From the IMG/VR virus record IMGVR_UViG_3300027985_000843, positions 124,001 to 188,000 of that record: DNA of 64,000 nt; one strand, 5' to 3'. The translations under genes and the position numbers were made by a program. Positions 38,264-47,225 of this stretch are shown piece after piece. The first letter of the stretch is position 1. Each line of letters starts with the position of its first letter. The notes below the pieces were generated by a model. It had not been told where the DNA came from, did no database searches, and saw only the letters and a program-made list of their open reading frames with translations.

Positions 38264-41200
38264 TTAAATCCTTGCTCTCAAGTTGAATGTCAGGACAATG
38301 TACAGAAGCGGGAAAATCGGCTGGTAGTACGACTCGTAGCGCATGATGGTCGGGTCATCCGGATCGACCGTTGCCGAGATACCGGTGAAGGCTCCGACGA
38401 TCTCCGCCTGAACGAGCTGCTTGAACAGCGAGGTCATCGAGACCTCGACCTCGTTCGTACGGCTGCTCAGGTACTTGGTTCCCACGAAGGAGTCGAGAAC
38501 CACACGGCTCTGTTGCTGCACGTAGTCGGCGATCTGCGTGACCGTCGGCAGACGGGTCAGAACGCTGGTCATGTCGGTCGTCAAACCCTGTCGGATTCGG
38601 ACGATCGGGGACAGGTCCTCCAGGAGCGTGATGCCCGCGACAGCCGTCTGGTTCATCTGGATCGGATCCAGGATGCGAGGCAGTCGAGTGAAGCCGATGA
38701 CGTGCCGACGCGTCCACGGGGTCGCGACGTCCACAGCCGGGGAGATCACCGCACCACCCACCGCAGCGGCGAGGAAGGTGCCGTCCACCAGAACCTCGAA
38801 GTTCTCTCCCAGCTCGTTGGTCAGGGTGACAACTGCCGAGTCCGGATAGACGGCCGCGATGCGGTTGCTCAAGAGAGCCTTGGCGATGGTCTGAGCACTG
38901 GTCGGAGAAGTCCCCGACGCAAACCCGATGATGCCCATTCGCTCCGACTGGTTCCGGATGTTCGACTGCGTTTCGCAGTGCTGCATCAGGAAGCTGTAGA
39001 CCGACGTGTCGGTGGACAGCGGGAGCAAAAGGTTGGGCCGGATGTTGCCCGGCAACGGAGTCGCCAGGTCAGCGATGGCGTTGTTGAAGCTCTGTGCCGA
39101 CGCCTGGTTGGTGTTGACCACCTTGAGCACCTGCTTGATGCCCACGAGGACTGCACCGTTCTGGATCGCCAGGTAGGATGCGAGGGTGACCCGGTTCTCT
39201 GCCGAGAGGGGGCCGAAGTTCGCCTCGATCGTCTTGAACTGCTGGTACAGACGCGTCGAGAAGTCCTGCTTCATGAACTTGTAGGTGATGTAGTAGTAGT
39301 CGCCGATGGCCGGTTCCAAACCGCTCGGGTCGAACGTCTGGACAGTCGCGGTGTCGTCCACTCCCACACCCACGGTGTCGGTGACCACCACTTCGAGGCC
39401 GCCGATCGAGAGCCACGGAACGGCCGGGTTGACCTGGAAGGTCGGCGAGACGATCATGGTGAAGTTGCCGGTCGGGGTGTAGGTCCCGGTGGCTGCTGCC
39501 AAGACGGTGAAGCGCAGACCCGTGGTAGCGTCCGTGTAGGTCTGACCGGGGATGCCGGTACCGGCGGACCCACTCGCGTTCGAGGAGGTCACGGTGAAGA
39601 TGTCGTGTGCGTCCTCTCCGTTGTCGCCGCTGGTGCCCGGGATGATCTCAGTCCCAGTACCCTCGATGAAGGCACTCGTGGTGCCCGTCGCGAAGGCGAT
39701 GGTCGAGGTCGTCGCACCCGTCGCGATCGACTCGATGGTGACGTAGTCCTGACCCTCGATCTGGCTCACATACGCGACACCATCGGTCACGAAGCTTGCC
39801 GTTGCCACGAGTTCGTCGACGATCTCCTGGGCCCCGACCTGCGTCCAGCTCGCTCGATCTCCCGAGGTGAAGCCAAGGACTGTCAGAGCGGTGGAGGTTG
39901 ACAAGATCTCGACACTCGAACCCGCGTTGAAGGTTGTGGAAGTGAGGCGGACCTTGTTGAGGTTGGCGAGAGTGCCAACCGATGCCACGCCTGTGACCAC
40001 AGAGTTGATGTCACCGGCGATCGTAGCCGCTGTCACCGCCGCGCCTGCCGTCAGGGTGACCTGGTAGTCGACACCGTCCACTCGGACGTCGAGCTGGTCG
40101 TCCACGCCCGCCGTGACCAGGAAGGGGCCGGCCTCGGTACCAAGGAGGGTGGCTGGCTTCGTGGTCGCCGTCGGAGTACCGCTGGCGCTCTGGAAGGTCT
40201 CGAACCCAAGGTACGTCTCCGCAGTGCCCTGACGAACAGCCACGGTCGAGGCGTGGTCGAAGCCGCCGGGGAGGGCCGCCGGGGTCGAGTAGGATTCGAT
40301 GATGATGAACGCGGCCGTCGCTCCGATGCTCACCGCCTGAGCGAGGGCATTCGGTGCGGTGGCCGTGAAGTCGATACCACCGGAACCTGAGAAGTCCGCC
40401 GCGTCGATGGCCGCATTGATGTCGGTGACGATCTGCGCAGGGGTCGGGTTCGGCAAGCCTGTCGTCAACGTGACGTCGATCTCGTTCGGCGAACCGTCGA
40501 TCGTGATCTTCAGGGAGTCGTTGACAGCGGCCGTGATGGTTGCCGTCAAGCTGCCCGCCGTCAGGGCGATGCGGCTGCCAACAAGATAACCCTTGGCGGC
40601 CGTGTCGAGGTCGGTGACGTAAGGGGTCCCATTGAGGGTCGTACGCCAGAAGTCCGAGGCCCCAGCGAACATGCTGTAGGGGGCGGGCCCTTCGTTCGTG
40701 TAGACGGCATTGAGAGCCGCCGACGAAGAGAAGGTCACCGTCACGATCTCAGCCACCGGGGTTCCCGCGCCTGTGTGGAACGCGTCCGGAATGGTCTCCA
40801 CACCTCGCGGCCACTGCACCGTCTCCGGCAGGCCGGTCTTGACCCCAAAGCGGCACTGGTACAGGTTCGTGGCGTACGTCGTCGAATACACTTCGTACTG
40901 ACCCACGCCCACGGACCCTGCCACCTTGTTGGTGAAGATGTAGGTGTCATCCGAGAGACGGGAGTACCAGAAGGTCGCGTAAGCGTTGTGGTCCGGCGGG
41001 ACCGCGTCCTTCAAGGTGATGGTGCGGGTGGTTGCATCCACCTGCGTCACGGTGACGGGGTTGCGGCCGAGCGCGTCGCGGAGGTCGCGACCGGTGTACA
41101 CGATGACGAGATCAGGCCGATTGGTGTTCAGGCCAACGCGGTTGTTGCTGATCGCGGTGTACACGGAAGACCCCAACGGGGTATCGCGGCCGTTACCCAA

Positions 41201-42559
41201 GGTGGGAATCTCGGGCAGCAAGAACTGATTGGGGCTCTGTACCGCCGGCACCACCGTGGTGTTGACCACCCGGGTGCACTCGGCGTTGTAGAGCTTGTCG
41301 TCCACGAGGGTCGGGATGATCTGGGTGTCGTCGAAGACGGTGGCCCCAGCCGTTCTGCTCGTCGAAGCAACCACGTAGCTCGCGCCCCAGTGGATGATCG
41401 ACACGTCCGCACTCGGGTTCGAGACAACGAAGTCTTGCTCTTCGATGTAGTCGTTGCGGTTCGGAGAGAACCCGCAGCGAATGACATCGGTGACCATCGT
41501 GTTGGGCAGGTAGTCGAAGGTGTCCTGCCAGGTGTTCGCCCAGTATTGGATGGTCACGGTCGAACCGCTCGCGGGCGGCTGCGACAGGGTCACAACGCCA
41601 TTGGTACCATCCACCGAGATGGGGATGACCTGCACGCCATTGACCATGACCACGACCTTGCTCGTATCCGTCGTGGTGATGCCGCCGTCGGTGCCATCGA
41701 CGATCGGACGCTGGAAGACACGGAAGGCTGTGTTGCGGCTCGTCTGGGCACCGGCTGCGAATCCGAGGATCCCGTTGGCGTTGCCGCTGCCGATGACGAT
41801 GCTCTGAGCCGCCGTGAGACGCAGGTGGCTGCCACCTTGCTCGTCCGTGTAGACGGAGGTCGTCAGGCCGGTGATGGCTGCCGCGTCGACAAGGGCCTTG
41901 AGGCCGGCGGCCGTGTAGGTTCCCGCTGCGAAGACGACCGTTGACTCGGAGCCGCCATCGATGGTCAGGGAGAACGTGTCGGTGGTGCTGAGCGTGATGG
42001 TGTACGTCGCTGCTGCGGGAGCCGTCAGGATGGCCTGTTCCGTCGTCACCTGGTCGGACACGATGTCCGTAAAGGCGGTGTCGCCACGGTGGAAGTAGTA
42101 GGTGCAACGAACGTTGGAGCCCACGGGCGGGGGCACCTGGAGGACGACGTAACCGCCGGTCCCCTGAACACTGCCAACTGCAACCTGCTGCCCGTCCACG
42201 GTCACGCTGACATGACGAGGGCTGTTCGCCGTACGCCCGAAGCCTTCACCGGTGACGATCGGGTAGTTGCGGACACGGAACCGGGAAACGGCACCGTTGG
42301 CTGCCCCCAGAACGGGGCTGTTGGGGTTCGTCGAGTCAACCACGAACCTTTGCGAGACATCCTCACTGACAATCTGCTGGTCCAGGGTGGCAGAAGAGCC
42401 ACGAACCAACTCCAGGTCCGGCTGCTCCAACTCTTCCTGTCCCACGCCGATGAGCACAGGGATTCTCAGCCCCGCGACCATGTTGGCCGCATTGGCTTCG
42501 GTGAGGGTGCGGGTGTAGATCCCAGGGGGTACGTACGTAGCGAGAGGTCCAAGAGCCAC
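38264..42559 (-). CDS. Tail sheath protein with very large insertions (1431 aa)
   Basis: N-terminal YVPPGIYT. C-terminal sheath domain (AGITLLE...IRQGLTT, PTV..IADYV, D..DPT.......YQPIFPL.YI...F). GTG start with AGGAG. Confidence 0.92.
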   Translation of the reverse strand: MALGPLATYVPPGIYTRTLTEANAANMVAGLRIPVLIGVGQEELEQPDLELVRGSSATLDQQIVSEDVSQRFVVDSTNPNSPVLGAANGAVSRFRVRNYPIVTGEGFGRTANSPRHVSVTVDGQQVAVGSVQGTGGYVVLQVPPPVGSNVRCTYYFHRGDTAFTDIVSDQVTTEQAILTAPAAATYTITLSTTDTFSLTIDGGSESTVVFAAGTYTAAGLKALVDAAAITGLTTSVYTDEQGGSHLRLTAAQSIVIGSGNANGILGFAAGAQTSRNTAFRVFQRPIVDGTDGGITTTDTSKVVVMVNGVQVIPISVDGTNGVVTLSQPPASGSTVTIQYWANTWQDTFDYLPNTMVTDVIRCGFSPNRNDYIEEQDFVVSNPSADVSIIHWGASYVVASTSRTAGATVFDDTQIIPTLVDDKLYNAECTRVVNTTVVPAVQSPNQFLLPEIPTLGNGRDTPLGSSVYTAISNNRVGLNTNRPDLVIVYTGRDLRDALGRNPVTVTQVDATTRTITLKDAVPPDHNAYATFWYSRLSDDTYIFTNKVAGSVGVGQYEVYSTTYATNLYQCRFGVKTGLPETVQWPRGVETIPDAFHTGAGTPVAEIVTVTFSSSAALNAVYTNEGPAPYSMFAGASDFWRTTLNGTPYVTDLDTAAKGYLVGSRIALTAGSLTATITAAVNDSLKITIDGSPNEIDVTLTTGLPNPTPAQIVTDINAAIDAADFSGSGGIDFTATAPNALAQAVSIGATAAFIIIESYSTPAALPGGFDHASTVAVRQGTAETYLGFETFQSASGTPTATTKPATLLGTEAGPFLVTAGVDDQLDVRVDGVDYQVTLTAGAAVTAATIAGDINSVVTGVASVGTLANLNKVRLTSTTFNAGSSVEILSTSTALTVLGFTSGDRASWTQVGAQEIVDELVATASFVTDGVAYVSQIEGQDYVTIESIATGATTSTIAFATGTTSAFIEGTGTEIIPGTSGDNGEDAHDIFTVTSSNASGSAGTGIPGQTYTDATTGLRFTVLAAATGTYTPTGNFTMIVSPTFQVNPAVPWLSIGGLEVVVTDTVGVGVDDTATVQTFDPSGLEPAIGDYYYITYKFMKQDFSTRLYQQFKTIEANFGPLSAENRVTLASYLAIQNGAVLVGIKQVLKVVNTNQASAQSFNNAIADLATPLPGNIRPNLLLPLSTDTSVYSFLMQHCETQSNIRNQSERMGIIGFASGTSPTSAQTIAKALLSNRIAAVYPDSAVVTLTNELGENFEVLVDGTFLAAAVGGAVISPAVDVATPWTRRHVIGFTRLPRILDPIQMNQTAVAGITLLEDLSPIVRIRQGLTTDMTSVLTRLPTVTQIADYVQQQSRVVLDSFVGTKYLSSRTNEVEVSMTSLFKQLVQAEIVGAFTGISATVDPDDPTIMRYESYYQPIFPLLYIVLTFNLRARI

Positions 42560-42590
42560 GGTGGTCTCCTTTTGCGAAGTGTTTCTTTTC

Positions 42591-42634
42591 TGGATCTGGG
42601 TCTAGGGCTTTTGGATCTGGGTCTGGATCTGGGT
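42591..42634 (-). repeat. Three near-tandem copies of ACCCAGATCC in the sheath 5' region
   Basis: Plus strand tggatctgggtct (42591), ttggatctgggtct (42611), ggatctgggt (42625). Confidence 0.85.
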
Positions 42635-42697
42635 ATTCATTTGGAGGTCGGATGCCCGTCCTCTACCCCCATCATGCGAACGAAAGCATTATCGAAG

Positions 42698-43111
42698 TCA
42701 GTCTTCGGCTACTTCGAACTGCCGGATCCGATCGACGATCTTCTTTCGTTCTGCGACGACGTTACCGCCCTCTTCGTACTCGATGGCGTTAGCGTAGGTT
42801 CGACGCCGAAGGGCTCGGGTGCCTCCGACCTCCCTCACCTTTTCCTTGACCTTCTCACGCTCGTCGTATTCTTCCCAACGTGCCTCGGCAGAACGTCCCA
42901 CAGCTTGGTCAGCCGTAGGGGAGTCATGCTTGGTCACGCCACTGTTGCCGGGAGTCGAACCAGGGGTGAAGTCAAAACCAAAGCCTTGTCCATCCCACTG
43001 GCGAGGGGCTTCCTCACCGCAGTCAGGGCAGACGTGCATGGAGTGGTTTCCGGCCTTGAGCGTGCGGGTGAACTGCACTCCGCACAAGCAGCTGAATGTG
43101 TACTGGGGCAT
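42698..43111 (-). CDS. FmdB-family zinc-ribbon protein
   Basis: MPQYTFSC.CG..F.........CP.CG. Confidence 0.8.
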   Translation of the reverse strand: MPQYTFSCLCGVQFTRTLKAGNHSMHVCPDCGEEAPRQWDGQGFGFDFTPGSTPGNSGVTKHDSPTADQAVGRSAEARWEEYDEREKVKEKVREVGGTRALRRRTYANAIEYEEGGNVVAERKKIVDRIRQFEVAED

Positions 43112-43129
43112 CTCATCCTCATCTGATTT

Positions 43130-44299
43130 TTAGCTGATCTTCTCGTAGTCGCTGTTCCGGTCAATCAAGACTGCCCGGGTAGCGAAGAACAGGTCATCTG
43201 GTACCTGATGAATCCCTGAGGGCGCCGACGGATCTTCATCCCCGGCAGCTGTCACAGGCGTGACTCTGGACAAGGTGAGAGGTATGGGAATGTGGATCTC
43301 CCAGTCCGCTTGAACCTGCACAGACATTGACGCCTGATAGTACGAGTCGTCACCCGTTTCATCGGCGATCTCTTCCGATTCCCCGCCCATGGACACATCG
43401 ATCAACTCGATGCCCTCCAGGGCCAGCTTGGACCTCTTCTCGCCCCACAGGTACATAACCAGCAGGTCGGCGATCTCCTCCATCTGGTAGGGGTCACGAG
43501 CAATGACGTCGATATCGAAACTGGCTTCGAACTTCCCACCATACGCTTGAGCGGTGCTCACTCGATCGTCGTACACGACCACCGCAACCTTCTGACCTGC
43601 CTCTGCCCTCTTCCCGAAAGCCAAGACAACACCGGGCAAGGTCACACTGTCCGCAGAGTTCCACTTGAAGGGGATAGGGCCCCTAGACTCACCGGCATAT
43701 CGGTAGTCCGCTGTCACCAGCGAATCGGACGAGAATCGAGACAGGAACGTGATGGCTCCCGAGGGGGTCGCTGTGTAGTCTCGTCCCTCAAGAAGGGGGA
43801 ACTTCCGGTCCATCCACAAGCGAAGCGTGTTGGCAACCGGCTCTTGTTGGAGCTGCGCTGTGTGTTCCAATCCGCTCTGGAACAGGATGACGCCCTCGTC
43901 CTTCTGTGTGAGCAGAGGGTCCACAGCAAAGAACCCGATCTCGCCCGCGTCCGTGGGTGCCTGTAGGATCTCGATGAAATAGACCCCAGGGAGGGTTTGC
44001 AGGCCGTTCTCTTGGATGGCCCTCAGGTCTTCCCGGACCCACTCCAGCGGATAGACGGGGGAGCCGACGTACGCCAACATGACGTGGCTCAAGATCGTCC
44101 CCACGTAGTTGTCAGCCGAGAGCTGTACCTTGTTGGCGTTGGAACCCTTGACCACGATCCCGAACTGAGGCCGGCTGTCGAAGGCGAACTTGTTCTGGAT
44201 GTTTGGTGTGATCTTGCGGAAAACAGGATGCTTGCTGAAGCTGTCCTGAAGCTCCAGGAGGATGCGATTCTTGAGGGCGCCGATCAGGTAGTAGAACAC
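43130..44299 (-). CDS. Putative tail terminator/completion protein
   Basis: 389 aa upstream of the sheath. F.IDVIARDP....EIADL...YL and Y.AS.SV.V..DW fit a tail-terminator fold; assignment partly positional. Confidence 0.6.
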   Translation of the reverse strand: MFYYLIGALKNRILLELQDSFSKHPVFRKITPNIQNKFAFDSRPQFGIVVKGSNANKVQLSADNYVGTILSHVMLAYVGSPVYPLEWVREDLRAIQENGLQTLPGVYFIEILQAPTDAGEIGFFAVDPLLTQKDEGVILFQSGLEHTAQLQQEPVANTLRLWMDRKFPLLEGRDYTATPSGAITFLSRFSSDSLVTADYRYAGESRGPIPFKWNSADSVTLPGVVLAFGKRAEAGQKVAVVVYDDRVSTAQAYGGKFEASFDIDVIARDPYQMEEIADLLVMYLWGEKRSKLALEGIELIDVSMGGESEEIADETGDDSYYQASMSVQVQADWEIHIPIPLTLSRVTPVTAAGDEDPSAPSGIHQVPDDLFFATRAVLIDRNSDYEKIS

Positions 44300-45333
44300 T
44301 ACTCGTCCTCGTATTCCTCGACAGCCAACACCAGAAGACCCTCAGCCACCGCTGTCAACGGATTGGCGGCAGCCCGTATGTCGGAAACGTCGATCGGGAA
44401 TCCGTCCTTCTGAATCTTCGAGAATTGCTGCTTGAAGACATCCATGAACCCTTCGACCTTGGACGTGCCGCCGGACACGATGAAGGGAATCGGTTCCAGA
44501 AGCTCCACCTCACCCCGGTTCTTGCTGAACTGGGCGGCGACGTTCTTCAGGCAGTAGTCGATGAGTGCCCGTACGTAGAGCGCAATGGCCTCTTGCTCGC
44601 GATTCTTGGGCTTCGTGAGGTTGACCCCCTTCTCCTTCACGGCACATATCTGAGCGGCCGTTCTGCCCACCGCACGGCCCGATTGTGCGTCCACCCAATC
44701 TCCGCCCCGAGCGAGGGAGAAGTCCATGGCCTGCGTCGCCTGGTAGCTCAGAGCCACATTGCACATACCGGCCCCGAAGCTCACGGCCAGGCCGTTGAAC
44801 ATGTCCTCGGCGCACTGACTGTAGACGATTGCCATGGCCTCATTCGTGGGGTGGGCCTGGTAACCAAGCTCATCCACGATGCGCCGGAAGACTTCCGTGT
44901 GGTAGATGATGTCCTGGCTCGGATCGTCAATCGGCGAAGACGGGACCGAGTAGAAGCAATGCTCTTTCGACTGGACAGGGTCCTGCAAGACGTGATGGAT
45001 CAAGATGCTCAGGATTTCCTGAGCATCGATCTCACCGGACGAGATGACACCCTTGCTCAGAGGGCGACGGGCCTCCCGCTTGAACAGGTTCGCCATCGTC
45101 AGAACGCTGTCCCCAATCACGATGAGCTTGCCGTCCTTCTCGACGTAGTCCACGCTGCTCATCTTGAGGCTTCGCTTGGCCGACATGTCGAGATCCAGGA
45201 AGGCGTCCCGGACCTGACTGACTCGCGTCGCATCGTCGAGCCCTCGACGAGCGGACACGATGTTCATCGTCCCGATATCGAGCCCCACGCCGGGCTTGTA
45301 TGCCTGCTCGGGCTCCACTTTCTTGTTACTCAT
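44299..45333 (-). CDS. Actin-fold ATPase, volactin-like
   Basis: Phosphate-1 GLDIGTMN, connect-1 P.NEAMA..YS, phosphate-2 VSFGAGMCNV, ARGGDWVD, adenosine VSGGTS..EGF, connect-2 PL.AVA.G. Confidence 0.9.
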   Translation of the reverse strand: MSNKKVEPEQAYKPGVGLDIGTMNIVSARRGLDDATRVSQVRDAFLDLDMSAKRSLKMSSVDYVEKDGKLIVIGDSVLTMANLFKREARRPLSKGVISSGEIDAQEILSILIHHVLQDPVQSKEHCFYSVPSSPIDDPSQDIIYHTEVFRRIVDELGYQAHPTNEAMAIVYSQCAEDMFNGLAVSFGAGMCNVALSYQATQAMDFSLARGGDWVDAQSGRAVGRTAAQICAVKEKGVNLTKPKNREQEAIALYVRALIDYCLKNVAAQFSKNRGEVELLEPIPFIVSGGTSKVEGFMDVFKQQFSKIQKDGFPIDVSDIRAAANPLTAVAEGLLVLAVEEYEDE

Positions 45334-45379
45334 CTAGTCCTCGTTTTCTCTGAATTTGGATCTGGGTCTCGTAGTCGAA

Positions 45380-46018
45380 TCAGCTACGATCGTAGCTGTA
45401 AACGACTTGACGACTTCGTTGCGTCAAGAGGTAGACGAACTCCTCGTGCTTGCTGGCGATGCCCTGAAGAAGGTCGTCCAAGCCTTCGGTCAGTGCCCCT
45501 GACGCCTCGATGTGCTTCTTGATGGTCGTGAGTGCCTTGATCAGCATCGTCTCGGCGTTCAAGGAGAGGGCAACGAGGGCGTTGGGCTCGGGGGCTCCCT
45601 TGTGCCCAAAGCGTTGCTTCCACGTCTCAAGGATGGTGTGCATGCTGTGGACCTGGTCGCACAGGCAAACCTTCGAGGGGTCGCCAGTCAGGCCAACGAG
45701 TCTCTCCGCCAGCCCGTCGATGCCCTCTTGGCTGTCGTTGTACAGACGCTCGAACAGCAGGTGGTCTCCGTAGTAGGCATGCCCCCGCGTCTGCCAGTGG
45801 GCCGTCTGGTGGACCATGGCAAGGAGGCGCAAGCCCACCAAGAGCTGAGACAGAGCGTCGTAGGGACTCTTCGGCTTCGGCACGTCGTAGTAGGCGGCAC
45901 TCTTGTTGACGTATTCGCGAGCCTCCCGACGCTGGACAGCTGTCACCGGAAGATACGGCGGGCCGTCGCGCATCGGGTCGTAGTCCATAGGGTCACGCCA
46001 CACTGCATCCGTGCTCAT
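45380..46018 (-). CDS. Ferritin/Dps-like four-helix protein (DUF5856-like)
   Basis: HQTAHWQTRG..YYGDHLLFERLY......D.LAER ... LL..IA..HE..VYLL; ~50-aa N-terminal extension. Confidence 0.8.
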   Translation of the reverse strand: MSTDAVWRDPMDYDPMRDGPPYLPVTAVQRREAREYVNKSAAYYDVPKPKSPYDALSQLLVGLRLLAMVHQTAHWQTRGHAYYGDHLLFERLYNDSQEGIDGLAERLVGLTGDPSKVCLCDQVHSMHTILETWKQRFGHKGAPEPNALVALSLNAETMLIKALTTIKKHIEASGALTEGLDDLLQGIASKHEEFVYLLTQRSRQVVYSYDRS

Positions 46019-46041
46019 GACACACCTCTCGAATCAATGGA

Positions 46042-46725
46042 TTAGGCGGGCTTGCCCTTGGCCCGACCCTTCTTCAATTCCCGAAGTGACGACGCAGCTC
46101 CCTTGACGGTGGACCCTTCCAGAACGTCCACTTTTTTGGTCTGGATGTTCGTCTCAGCGTCTTGCGGCTGAATCGTGTCGGGGATGAAGACAGGGATGTC
46201 GCCACCCACAGCCTGGAGGGCTTCCTGGACACCCTCGACCACGGACACTTGCCCCGAGCCCAGTCGAGACAGCATGCCCACGATGGTCTCCAGCTTCTTC
46301 GTGTGGTCCTCTTGGAGGGACGAGTTGTGCTTCTGTGCCGCCGCGAGTTCCGTCAGGGCATCGGTCAACCGACCCTGGACCAACAGAAAGTCCTGACGGG
46401 CCTTCTCCGCTTCTTGCCGAGCCGAGACCAGTTCTTGCTTGGCCGCCTCCAGCTCGGACTTCAGTTGGTCAACCTCTTCCTTCGAGGCTGCCGGCACGCT
46501 GACGGGAGTGGCCTTTGGCGCCGGCCTAACGGCCCCAGATTGGCCTTTCAAGAGGAACAGGCGCTTCTGGTCGATCCCAATCCACAAGTCCCGGGAACGG
46601 TGTGCCTCGTCCGCCGGAATGTGTACTGCGACTCGATAGGGCACCGGGAGCTTGAGATCCTCGATGACGTGAGTACCTGTGACCATGCCCACTACTGTGT
46701 AGGTGCCCTGCGTTGGGTTGTTCAT
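46042..46725 (-). CDS. Hypothetical coiled-coil protein
   Basis: 227 aa; central heptad run EVDQLKSELEAAKQELVSARQEAEKARQD; C-terminal PVFIP. Confidence 0.8.
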   Translation of the reverse strand: MNNPTQGTYTVVGMVTGTHVIEDLKLPVPYRVAVHIPADEAHRSRDLWIGIDQKRLFLLKGQSGAVRPAPKATPVSVPAASKEEVDQLKSELEAAKQELVSARQEAEKARQDFLLVQGRLTDALTELAAAQKHNSSLQEDHTKKLETIVGMLSRLGSGQVSVVEGVQEALQAVGGDIPVFIPDTIQPQDAETNIQTKKVDVLEGSTVKGAASSLRELKKGRAKGKPA

Positions 46726-47225
46726 TTGGATTTCCTCATGGCAGATCGAAGCTGTTTCCGAATCTCTTTCTGAATTCGTTTTTTGATGATCTCGCGGGCT
46801 TCTTTTTTAGCCTCTTCGATGATTCTCGTTGACTTGTGGCCCGGGTGCATCCAGCCCCCGTTTCGCATCGACTTGGCTGTGGCCGTGCGGAAGATGACCT
46901 CTCCGTCGTCCGTGATGATAGGGATGGGCCGGCGAGCTTTTTGGAGCCACGTCATCTGCCCGCGTGCCTGCCCCTTGAGGAGGGGAAAGAAGGCCGGGTG
47001 CGTGGCGATGAGCGTGATGCTGTTGGGCCCGATCTTGATCTCCAAACCGTTCCGAAGCGCTTGCTTGGCTCGGGCTGAGAACGCAGCCAGCTCAATCCGG
47101 GCCTTCATTGCCTTGAACACCTCTTTTTGAAGGGACTTGAGCACCTTCTCAGGGTGGATCGAAGACAACGCCCCCACGGCGAGGGGCTTGTAGTTGACCC
47201 GGGCGACGAAGGGATACTTGGGCAT
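46722..47225 (-). CDS. Putative neck/tail-completion protein (HK97 gp10-like)
   Basis: Basic 167-aa protein, ATG overlapping the upstream TGA; W.HPG motif; lies after the head-closure gene. Confidence 0.5.
   Translation of the reverse strand: MPKYPFVARVNYKPLAVGALSSIHPEKVLKSLQKEVFKAMKARIELAAFSARAKQALRNGLEIKIGPNSITLIATHPAFFPLLKGQARGQMTWLQKARRPIPIITDDGEVIFRTATAKSMRNGGWMHPGHKSTRIIEEAKKEAREIIKKRIQKEIRKQLRSAMRKSK

Noticed and set aside
42591-42634. Mini CRISPR array
   Set aside because: The repeats are only 10-14 nt with 0-7 nt gaps, and there are no cas genes.
42638-42675. uORF MMGVEDGHPTSK coupled to MNTQIQ
   Set aside because: It is very short, has no SD, begins immediately after the candidate promoter motif, and is indistinguishable from chance.
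44299-45333. Haloarchaeal virus, because of the volactin-like actin
   Set aside because: The proteome is not strongly acidic, and a peptidoglycan lytic transglycosylase, bacterial HU and a sigma70-like promoter are present.
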